A stretch of DNA of 62,748 bases, counting the filler, from Diploschistes diacapsis (lineage: Eukaryota), in the NCBI GenBank assembly GCA_023645945.1. It is 7 parts of 7 records of this genome, joined end to end, with 100 filler letters (N's around TTAATTAATTAA, not from the genome) between each part and the next. Parts side by side here need not be neighbours in the genome. Positions count along the whole stretch, not along the records: positions 1 to 28,276 come from JALAIB010000150.1; 6 more parts are not named here. One strand, given 5' to 3'. The position numbers were made by a program, and so were the translations under genes. Under the pieces are notes generated by a model. The model worked only from the letters and a program-made list of their open reading frames with translations. It was not told the origin of the DNA and did no database searches. Below, piece after piece: positions 1-10,900 of the stretch; the first letter of the stretch is position 1, and every line of letters starts with the position of its first letter.

Positions 1-138
1 GAATGATGTTGGTTGTGTGGAAGGCGGGGGGATCTAGATTTTGGCTTGGAGTGGTGGGGATGTGGCAGAGATAAGATGGGCGGGTTCGCATGGATGGATG
101 GATGATGGATGTATGTATATATGGAAGGCTTTGCTCAC

Positions 139-602
139 GAGATAGGAGGATGCCTCGCTTAGCGGGGTGACGTGCTTTTTGGTAGTGCCGCTGTTTGGTC
201 GGTGGTTAGAAAGATTATAGAGTATGTGGCGTGACTTTCCAAAGAAAAGATAGAAAGGGGGCAGGTAACGACAGACCCGGAGAAAACGAGCATGGCTTCC
301 CTGTTACTGTCTGCGAGCTCACGAAGACCAGCTTCGATATGGGTCATGAAGGTTGAAGTTTCGCCTTTTTGGAATGCCTCGATGGCCCTGTTCCTTGTGT
401 AATGGATTAGCTTCTTATACTATTGTACCATTAACAGGAACAAGACTTCGAACTGTACATAACGCCTGAGGATGCGAGGTCGATGAAAGCATGCTCACCA
501 TTCTGCTTCGTCTCGCCCTGTCGTTGGGCCACCGAGCCAGATGGCATGGCAGCATACGATGATGAGCTTGGAGTACTTTGGTGTTCGATGAGAAGAAGTC
601 AT
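139..602 (-). CDS. DUF218 / YOR238W-like conserved fungal protein, 5' part only (gene runs off the window start)
   Basis: Manual splicing of exons 602-499, 387-277 and 190-139 (GT..AG introns) gives [89 protein letters not shown]. This matches the [10 protein letters not shown]...FQ.GE..TF..HI...LVFSGG.TK...SEA.SY pattern of the family. Confidence 0.75.
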
Positions 603-986
603 GTTCTGGAGAATCTGAGAGAGCTTCCGAGGCGCCTGCGACAGAAGATACGCAACGGAAGAGAGTCAACGAATAACAGATTACGGTCAATGCATTAGGT
701 CATGGAAATGAAGAGCAGCACAAACACTGTGATTGCTCTCCAGCGCTAGGCACACGAGAATACAAGGTACCACCTAAACATACATGATATGAGCGCCCAT
801 ACTTCACCATAGCCTCGATTGATTGCCGAGACATCCGAGATCTTAGATGCTGCTGCTCATGGCCAAACGCTTATGCTAATGCTCCCATAGTTTCCGTACT
901 CAACGCTAAATACAAATGCTGAGCGAGGAGGAGCCATCTGTGAAGGAACTTCTCTGCAATTGCGAAGCCCATATCAAGCTCGACTG

Positions 987-3900
987 TCAAGTGTTGTGCA
1001 AGAACGTGCATTCGCTACCTTTCCTGCACTTGCCCTCCTGCCAGAATTTACATGGTACCTTTGGAATGCCATAGTACTAATCCAACGTCAGTATGTCAAC
1101 ACCAGCCTTTAGTGAACCAGAAAGCCTACCTTCTTGCCCTTACTCCGCTTAGAATCGCCAGGCCCATCAGAATTTTGATTGCCCCCATCGTCATAGGGTC
1201 GTTTACGGTCATTCTCGTTGCCGTAGCTGGCCTGGTAACTGTATGAAGATTGCTGGGCAGTGGAGTTTTGCGCACTGAACTGAGCGAGGAGGGCACTGAG
1301 ATCGGGAGTTTGCTGGGTCGCAGGCGGCGGTGGCTGGTACATAGGCGCTTGCTGATATTGTGGCTGTTGGTGCTTCTGCTGTTGCTGCTTGAAAATGTCT
1401 ATGACGCTCTGGTAGCTTGGGTTGATCTGTGGCGCTTGTGGCACCGGAGCTTGCGTCTGAGGTGTTGTAAATTGTGCGAATATCGATTCCAAGGCTGAGC
1501 TCTGAGGCGCTTGAGGTTGAATTTGCTGAGGCAGCATGGACAGGAAGGGCTGGCTTGCTTGCTGTGGGGCTGGCTGCTGGTTCTGACCTCCAAGGGCTTT
1601 GAGAATGGCATTGATATCTGTGGCAGGAGCGGGGGTTGGAGGTTGGAATGAAGGCTGGAATCGGTTCGGAACCCGCGACGAAAAGAATGCTTCCTCACGA
1701 CGCTTCAATCTCTGCCATTTCTCGTCGACACCAGCACCGAAAGGCATCTCTGTCTGACCGAAGCCTGAGTATGGCTCAGCTGGCTCACGAGGTGAGTACG
1801 GAATGTCAAGAGTCGTTGGATAGACAGCGATCAAGGTTGTCAGCTCGCGCTGCTGTTGCACGGTACGCTGTGGACTGGCGACCTCTTGTTTCCCACCGTA
1901 CCTCGGGCAATTCTGAGATCGAGCAAGCTCGGGAAGATCGCTGAAGTCTACCAGCATCAAGGGGTGCCAAGGCGCAAGCTCCGTGTCATCTCCGGCCTCC
2001 TCTTCTTCGTCAAGCTCTAGGTCCTTGTGAAGTTTGAGCATCTGTCCTTCGTTCTTAACGTCCGTTACGTCACGGATCATGCTAGAATCATGGCCGGTTT
2101 CTTCTTCGGGGTCGTGTCTGAAGAGCCTGGTTTCGACCAAGTTCGCATCTGGTCTCCACTTCACTCTCAGATGCCGGCGAGCTTCTTTCCGCAACCGCTT
2201 CTTCTTTTCCTCCTCTGTCTCTGGGGGGCGATCTTCGGCCACCTTCTCTACTGCTTCAATCTCCTTTGGTTTATCCAGATTGGCCAGCGTATCGGCGAAG
2301 GAAAAAGATGCCTTCGGAACCGCGGCAGTCGGAGCCTGCTTCTTGGCCTCGACAACCTTATTGGATTTGGCTTCGCCGATTGAAGATGACTTCTGGCCTG
2401 TCATCGAGGTCCCGGGCTTTTTCGAAGCGGATTGCAAGCCTGTCAGCAGAGATGTCGGTTTGGGCACAACAGTCTTGGTCTTGGGTGTTGGCAAGGGGGG
2501 AACGGTTGAAGCTGCCGCTGTCTTTGTCTCGGTTTTGGCTGCTTCACGTTTGATCGAGGCGAGGCCGGGCTTTGTCAGGGGCACGTTTTTGCTATTGAGA
2601 GTGGACATGACTTTGGATTGTCCGGTCGAAGCAACCCTTTTCATGGGAACCGTGTCAGACTCTCTAGGACGTTTCACGCCATTTGTTGCTTCTGATCCAA
2701 TTATTGGCAGCTGTGCAGACTTTGGTTCTGGCTTGACTGCCTTTGCTGGTACACGGGTATTTTCTGTTTCACCGTTCGAGCGTACGATACTATTCACGCT
2801 TTGCACTAGCTTCTGCGTAGCTTCATTGCCTCGCTTTACAAGTTTGGGGAGAACTTTGTCAAGTTTTGTCTTCTCCATAAGAGATTGATTCATGGAGGTA
2901 CATCTTACCATTAAATTTAGGATATTCGTCACAGTGCTACCATTGAAATCGCTCTCCTTGAAGCGATCTACAAGTAGCTGGTAGAAGGACAAAAACAGAT
3001 TGGCGTTTTCCGTTAATTTTGTCACAATATCCGAATGGCCATGTTGTGCCGTCGCCTGAATGGCTGACTCCAGAATCTGCCGATGCCCATTGGCAAGTAC
3101 CCTGTGATGCTCCGCTTTCGTTTTGTCGTCCTTGGTTTCCGCGTCGGTTATCGCGCTATAGTGGACCTTCCAGGCATCCCGAACTGGCTTGATAAGATTC
3201 CAATATGAGCCCAAAGTGTTACGAATAGTACTGCCCGAAAGATGGGCCTTCCGCTTGAACCACATGATCTTGGTGACGTCGTATTCCATGGCTTTGACAG
3301 GATCCTTGGGCCGAATAGCGGGCAGCGGGGAGATCTCGACAGTACTTTCCTCGTCATATTCAGAGCCGTTTTCGGTTTCTTCTTCGGAGGTCGATGTTTC
3401 TTCATCGGAAGAGGGCGAAGTTACATGAGCCCCCCCAGAAAACGTCGAAGGCTGGGTTTTTTGGGCTTTGGAAGACATCTTTAGTTTCTTGAGAGCAGGT
3501 CGAATTCTTGCATCAAACGGGACATCACCCTGATTTTTGAGGACCACTCGTTTCATCTCCTTCAAGGACCTGCGAGGCGTTATCTTGGGCAAAACCCCTT
3601 TCGGATCGTCCGAATCCAGAGTTTCCTTCCCAAGGAACACGTATCCACCAAGTTTCTCCGAAGTGGTTGCATCAGCAAGAGATTTTGGGTCCTTGACCAG
3701 GACGTTGCCATATGCTCTACCCGTCGGAATACTCGTTGCAGCACTAGCGGCGAGACTTTCATCGTAGAGCTTTCTGCGAGCGTGGGCAGTGCTGGGAGGG
3801 CCAAAATAGGCCGGGTTGTTCCTGGACGCAGGAGCTGGTGACTGACTAAACATTTGCCTGTCGGGTTGGCCATACGAACTAGGGTAACTTTGAAGTGCTG

Positions 3901-4432
3901 ACGGAGCTATTGTCTGGCCCTGCAACGTCTGGTTTCCGTAAGGTTGAGCGTTTACACCTGCATAGCCAGAATGTCCCAACATCGAACCTTGGCCATAGCT
4001 AACTGCTGGGTTAAAGGAGCTGCCTTGGAAGGGTTGATATTGAGCGTTTGCATAGCCGGCGAAATAAGGGCTTTGTGATTGACTGAAAGCAGTCGAATAG
4101 TCACTAGTATTTAGCCCTTGTCCTGGATTTGGGATGTGACTCGTGTTATGTATGGTGCTGTGGTTCCATGCGCCTGTGTGCTGTGCAAAGCCATGATGCT
4201 GCTGTAGGCGGGGATCGATAATACTGGAGGAGTCCCAGGACGGATTGAAATTCTGGGTGGAACCATCATCATTGGGCACATTAAAGAAGGTGCTGAACTC
4301 ATCATTTGAAGCGACATTACTTTGATTTGAAAACTGAGGATATGTCGATGAGGTGTGAGAGCCTTGATTATTCTGGTGATGGTGATGGTGGTGGTCAGCG
4401 GGTTGTTGGTCTTGGCGGTTTAGCGAATCCAT
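987..4432 (-). CDS. PNUTS/Ppn1-like protein phosphatase 1 regulatory subunit (TFIIS-N-like helical region, RVxW motif, C-terminal CCCH zinc finger), about 1130 aa
   Basis: A 1101-codon exon (4432-1130), a 53-nt intron (1129-1077, GTAGG..CTGAC..TAG) and a last exon (1076-987) encoding YYGIPKVPCKFWQEGKCRKGSECTFLHNT*, a C-x7-C-x5-C-x3-H finger. Contains RRHLRVKW (RVxF/W docking motif) and ILNLMVRCTSMNQSLMEKTKLDKVLPKLVKRGNEATQKLV, which resembles a TFIIS N-terminal domain. Confidence 0.7.
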
Positions 4433-4716
4433 TTCCTCATGGTATTAATCCTATTTTCCTATTTCCCTTTATTTCCCGTTTGGGGCCCCGGGGAGGTTTG
4501 TGTGGTGTGTGTGTGTGCGGGCGGCAGCAGAAGTCACCTGGGGAGAATATTTTTTTTCTCGCTAAGGAAAACCAGCAGAAGCAGACTGCACGTGATCGCT
4601 TAAGCTACCTCAGGCCTTATACCATCACAAGGTAGCGGCTTGTTTAATTCCCTTAAACCCGACGTCGGTCGCAAACCTTGAACTCTCTCTCAGAAGTAGG
4701 TAACAGAAAGTAACTG

Positions 4717-4770
4717 GTAGGTAGTAGTGGTAGTAGTAGCAGTAGCAGTAGCAGTAGCAGTAGTGTGTGT
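4717..4770. repeat. (GTA)n/(GTAGCA)n microsatellite upstream of the PNUTS-like gene
   Basis: ggtaggtagtagtggtagtagtagcagtagcagtagcagtagcagtagtgtgtgt read directly. Confidence 0.85.
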
Positions 4771-5584
4771 CCGTTTGCCTCTGTTGCCTTGAATTGAAGC
4801 CTCCAAAAGGCCAGCTCCACACCACTAATTCAGCCGTAAAAGACAAGATATTCTAGACAGAATGAAGCCTGTCCCATATGCTATCAACGATATGCACACT
4901 TGCCGTAGCTCGTCTGCCACCACGATGTGGCTTTGACTGACAAGATGCCGTTGGTGTAGGATATCACTCTGTTAAGCTTAAGGCTCGAAGTAGCCTTTGG
5001 CAAGCCGCACCTTTTCAAGGAGCTTATTAGCCTGACAGCCGTGCAGCCACCAGACTCTGATCCCTTAAGAGAGGATATCTGTCAAAGAAAATGTCAAAGA
5101 AGCCAGTGCAGTCTTTAAAACGTAGTCCAGTATAACTGTACGTCGCGTTCTCAACGACTGCAGATCTACCTCTTCCACGCGAATATCATGCTCCTGTCAT
5201 TCAAATGGTTCTATTTATCAAATTCTGACGGATTTTACGATTGATTAGTGGAGAAAGGGTCGGTGAAGGTGAAGAGAAAATCGTGACGAGAGTTGTAGGA
5301 GCGAGGAAATGGGATTGACGTTTAAGATCATATTTAACGCCGATATTCCACTAGCGTGACTCCGCCGGAGTTATTGGTGGTGCTTCCTAAACTCCGGTAG
5401 TAATTATATTAATTTTATTAGATATAGCATTCAAGCTTCCGATTCAACAAAGAGCTATCGCATGTGTAAGGGCACCTTTAGGAGCTCCAATGTTGAACCC
5501 TCTTCAGGCCTCATGCATCCCATGATCTTTCAGTCACTCAACATGCGCTGAGGAAATCGTGGTCCACAGAGTCTAGCCGCCAAC

Positions 5585-7924
5585 ATGGCCTTGCAACAGC
5601 AGTCTCTTAGGGACCGTCAAGTAGGTAGGCCTGTCAGTCTCTCACGCACAGTACATTCAATTCGCTAACAATCCGAACCAAGCATCTATCGAGAAGATCC
5701 TGAATTTGAATTCCGTGGCTTCGGAAGCCTCGACTACAAATGATGCGACATCCTCCAATGGCCTGATACCGCAGGCTACCCCGATATTAAACTCAGATGG
5801 GGACCCTATCTGGAAGGTTCTTGTCTTCGATGACTTAGGAAGAGATGTCATAAGTAGTGTTCTCAGGGTGAACGATCTCCGAGCGTGGGGCGTGACAATA
5901 CATCTGTAAGGTTTGCATAACTATCCATTGCTCGGGCAGGCTAATGCCTGCTTTACAGGAATATCAATTCGCAACGGCATCAGATACCCGATGTTCCTGT
6001 GCTCTACCTTGTTGAACCGACGGAAGCAAATCTTAAGATCATAGCCTCAGATCTCTCCCGTAATCTGTACGCTGATGCCTATATCAACTTTCTCTACTCA
6101 ATCTCTCGGCCGGCTATTGAGGCTTTTGCAAGCCAAGTCGCTTCCGCGGGTACCTCTGAAAATATAGCACAGGTCTATGACCAATACCTGAATTTCGTTG
6201 TGGCTGAGCCTGACCTGTTCACGTTGGCCATGGGAAGAGAAACATACTGGGCTCTTAACAGTGCGGCAACTCCCGACGACAAGTTAGATGAGTTGGTAGA
6301 TAGAACAGTAACAGGGCTCTTCAGTGTTGCCGTTACTATGGGTATGCATTTGCAATTCAGCAAGCCCTTGCGAATTACTGATTTAATCTTAGGTACCATA
6401 CCGATAATCCGTTGCCCAAAGAGCGGGCCGGCAGAAATGATTGCAACCAAATTAGACCGCAAATTGAGAGATCATATACTAAATTCAAGAGACAATCTAT
6501 TCAGCTCTTCGTCTCAAAGACCATCCTCCGGCCATGCAACAACTCTGTCAAGGCCTGTACTGATCATTGTCGACCGGAGCGTGGATTTAGTGCCGATGCT
6601 TTCTCATTCCTGGACATACCAATCTCTCGTGCACGACGTCCTTAAGATGAGGCTCAATAGAATCACAGTCGAAACACCAATAGACGAAACGAATCCTAGT
6701 AAAGGTTCGACCAAGAAAGCCTATGACTTGAACTCGAACGACTTCTTCTGGTCACGAAACGCTGGCGTCCCATTTCCTCAGGTTGCTGAGGATATCGATG
6801 CGGAGTTGACCAAATACAAGGAGGATGCCGCCGATATTACAAGAAAGACGGGTGCTTCTTCGCTCGAAGACCTGCAAAACGATACCAGCGCGTCAGCTCA
6901 GCACCTGAAGGCTGCTATAACGCTGCTGCCGGCGCTTCGCGAGAGGAAGGCAACGCTTGACATGCATATGAACATTGCGACATCGTTATTGAAAGCTATA
7001 AAAGATCGTCAGCTTGATAATTTCTACCAGCTGGAAGAGACAATCACCAAGCAATCAAAAGCGCAGATCCTAGACCTCTTGAATGACGAAAGTAAAGGTA
7101 AAGAACCGTTGGACAAGCTCCGACTGTTTATCATATGGTTCTTGAGTACGGAAAGTGATGTGTCCCGAGCGGAAATGACTAGATTCGAGGAAGCACTCGG
7201 CCGAATTGGTGCCGACACAGCGCCAATCCAATATGTGAAAAGGTTGTCCTGATCCACCCCTCTATACTTCTGGCCAAACTTACTCTACAACAGAGTTCGG
7301 GAACTGACCCGCATGACTATGATGACTTCCGCTCCCACTCAGCCCGTTCAGCAGTCTGCGAGCAATGAAATATTCCGCGGGTTTAGTTCAATAAGTAATC
7401 GACTTACTGACAGGCTCAAAGACGGAGCACTCGGCGCAAACTTTGAGAACCTCATTTCCGGTGTTAAGAATTTCTTACCTGTGAACAAGGATCTGACTGT
7501 TACCAAGATTACGGAGTCCATCATGGACCCAGCTTCGGCGTCTTCCTCAGCAATCGCCAAGACAGAGAATTACCTGTATTTTGATCCACGGTCAGCAAAT
7601 GCGAGAGGAACGATGCCCGCTGCTTCTCAAGTGCGTCAACAAGGTAGTAGCATGCCCGGGACACTGGGTGGGCTTGCGGCTGGTAGTCAAGCCACGTTTG
7701 GTCAGAGACGCCAGGGCTTTAGTGAGGCTATCGTGTTCACCGTTGGAGGCGGTAGCATGGACGAATACGGTAATCTTCAAGATTGGGCCAAGAGGACAAG
7801 CGCAGCCAGCGGAAGCGGATCGACTGGCGCAAAGAGACGCGTCGTCTATGGAAGTACAGAGCTTGTGAATGCTGAAGACTTCTTGATGGGAGAGTTGGCG
7901 CGCCTTGGCACGGAAAGTGGATGA
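5585..7924 (+). CDS. SLY1: Sec1/Munc18 family protein Sly1 (ER-Golgi SNARE regulator)
   Basis: ATG 5585 [23 protein letters not shown]...[32 protein letters not shown]; also [35 protein letters not shown] and [23 protein letters not shown]. Four introns at about 5625-5682, 5906-5958, 6342-6392 and 7243-7293. Confidence 0.95.
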
Positions 7925-10900
7925 GGTTCGGAAACTATTGATCTTGTCAAATATGAAAAGGTCACATCGTGATGAGGCACCTCGAAGATGTCTGCTTTGC
8001 TTATTCGCTGTCAGCTCGCTCATCGAGCTTATCAAATAAAGATTCTGCCTCTCAGTGCGCAGGAGATCTTCTAGGAAGGTATCCTATCGTTACTTGGCTC
8101 TGCTTTCTGTCTTTTAACTGGTGCATTTGACTACCGAGTTTCCCCAGTTGTGGTCAAGAACTTGTCGAACTACGTCACACCGATTACTTATCTCAAGCAG
8201 GTCTATTCGTTCTAGAGTCCCAGGATATACGCTTATGACCCTGTTACAGTGCGGAAAAGATCTCTAGCACACCATCTCAGGAATGTATCTCGGTATTACT
8301 AAAGCAATAGTGAGCACAATCTGTCTGTACTAGGGCGACAGCCCGAGCATATATGAACACACAGCATTCTCTTCTTGAACCAGTGGCCTTCAACACCAGA
8401 TGGGCCAAATTTTCCCACTACCGAAGCCGGCTCGGCGATGGCGACGATGTACGCAGCCGCAGCCGTGCCCACATCACACACTAACAACGCATCCGATTCA
8501 GGCAGACGGGTAAGAATTTCGAGCCGCTTTCATCCCAATGATGGTTTCCTGAAGCGCTTGGTGATCGGTACAAACACTGGGGGTCTGACATCTGACAGCA
8601 CTATCTGCATGCGTCTAGAGCATGTACTCCTTAGTAAGGGTTTACTGAATATTGGGGAGGTATTACGCTAGGCATTTATGTCCAAGGATAGAACGAATAC
8701 ACATTCTATACTGGTTTGTAGGATCCTGTTCTATAACGCCCTTGGGCCGTGGACGCGTGTTGGAGTATGCAGAATGGTGGCATGCATGCCATGCACGGAC
8801 GGCCAGCAATGGCTACCAGGGCTTTTTAGGAAGGAAATGCTACGTCTTTGGAGGTCAGGTAGCTCTCAAGCACCCTCTCCTACATTATCATTATGTCGAT
8901 CCTGTGCCTGCGTCCGCCACTGCCAGCAGTAATTAGACTGATCTCTGTTGTGTCTGTTGGTTGAGCAGCCCCTTTATGAACCCCGTCAGAAAGAGGTTTG
9001 ACCCTGAAACAATACTTTCACAGGCCATTAGCCACTCGCTCGGTCTCTTGTTCAGGATGACACGTCGGACAACTACTACTGATACCTCCCCTCTCCCAGA
9101 TACTAGAAAATACGAACTAGATCGGCATGCCGTGAATACTATGGAGTATATTCGGCCCGACGGCGGTAGACTGTGAACAGCCCTACTTCCGTCACGGGTA
9201 AGGTCAACTTTGTTTCATTCTAATATCCAAATATACTTTAATCGTTGCGGTACGTATTAGATCCTGCGCCCTTCTTCCTTTAACAGCACTTCTTGATGCT
9301 GCTGCCAAGATGTAGCCTACGCCGTGTCACGAGCATGAGCAAGGAGGCGGCAGAGCATTGGCAAACAGATCCTTCGGCAGATTTTAGACCTCGAGTCTGC
9401 CTGCACGCGAAGACATGTGTGGATTGAATAGTAGGATCCAGATGCTATTCAACACCATTTTTTGGTGAGAACAGAGTATTGGAGCGTTTGGACAATCGAA
9501 ACAGAGACGTGGGAGTCGTCCTGGATGCACACGTGTATAACCGCAATATAGACCGGTTACAGAAAACGTCGCATCGCTATACATCCCCAAAATAAGTTAA
9601 TAAGGATGTGGCTACTGAGTGCCTTGCTGAGGATGAAGGTGGAGGTCCTTCCGCTCATTGATGGCAGCCAAGAGGAACCCTTAACCAACTTGCTTTCAGA
9701 GTCTCTTCCAATTGTTCCTCTGTGGCTGGAGTCCGAGCAGGCTATTCGTAAGTCTTGAAGCTCCTCAAAGACTCTAAAAGCTTTCGAGATCTCTTTGCAT
9801 TCCTAGGTTTGTTCTCACTATTACATCCATCGGAAGTCTCACTATACGGCCAAAGCTGGTGTATCGAGGCCAATATACTACCTGTTACACTTCCCAGCGG
9901 CCATCCATTACTGTTACACTCGATACCAAAGCACGATGTTGCAGTCACCCCGTCGCTCGGCGAAACTTGATCCGGCTGAGAATGTAAAGCTCCGAAATTC
10001 CTGTATGTATGCCACGATACACTGTTCTGCGCTGCTATTGATTTAAGCACCTCAGGTGATTCATGTCAAGATTCGAAGGTCAAGTGCAGCCAGGACAAGC
10101 CTACGTGTCGGCGATGTGCCCGCAACCAGACCCTATGCATCTATAGCCCTCTAAAGCGCATTGGCCGACCAAGGAAAGACCGATCTCAGTCCATTGCCTC
10201 CCAGAGCTCCGAAAACTCACGAGGAACGGGCAGAAGGAAGACTTCATACCCTCCACCAGCTTTGCACACCTACGAGGCTGCCGCTCCAATAATTCATGTA
10301 GGACGTACCTCAGTGTTCAGACCAGCGGCGCAGGCCGAGCACTTTGAGAGTTCCGGAGCAATACCAAACTTTCCTAATCAATATTTTTCTCCTACTTCAT
10401 TTGCCCCAGTGGGGTTCGGACATGCGTCTAGCACTACGAGTTTTGGTGACATGAACTTCCCAACAACATACGACGTTGACGGCTTCGTCCGGACATCGAT
10501 CGTGGACGATGGAACACAAAACTGCTTCGACGGTAGTTACAGTTTCCCCGAGGTCTACTCCCACAACGCGATATGGCCACATTATGGGGAAATGCCTAAC
10601 TCTTATTTCTACGACGGCCCCTTTCCAGGAAAACCGATGGGTACCTCTACCGGTCGCGACAGCGAGTGAGTGCGGCTAACAATGTCTCAGGCTCTTGATA
10701 GCCTCCCAGAGATGTCGCCAGAAGGAGCATCGTACCATTTTTCAAACAGTGTTGCTTAAAGCTCTCGAGGCGCAGCGGTTGATCGCGTAACAGTCGCTCC
10801 TGTCGACTCCCTGATCTCATATACTCACGAATGAAGAAACCCGCACATCATCCACAAACATCTTCCTTACTTCCTCTATGCTCTACGAGCCGCGGGACCT

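Noticed and set aside
2034..2888. 284-aa plus-strand ORF (likewise 47870-49108, 18462-19079, 49954-50727, 20432-21058)
   Set aside because: Antisense shadows of real genes, with no recognisable motifs.
5365..5397. 8-bp inverted repeat CCGGAGTT/AACTCCGG in the divergent promoter
   Set aside because: Too short to separate from chance without conservation data.
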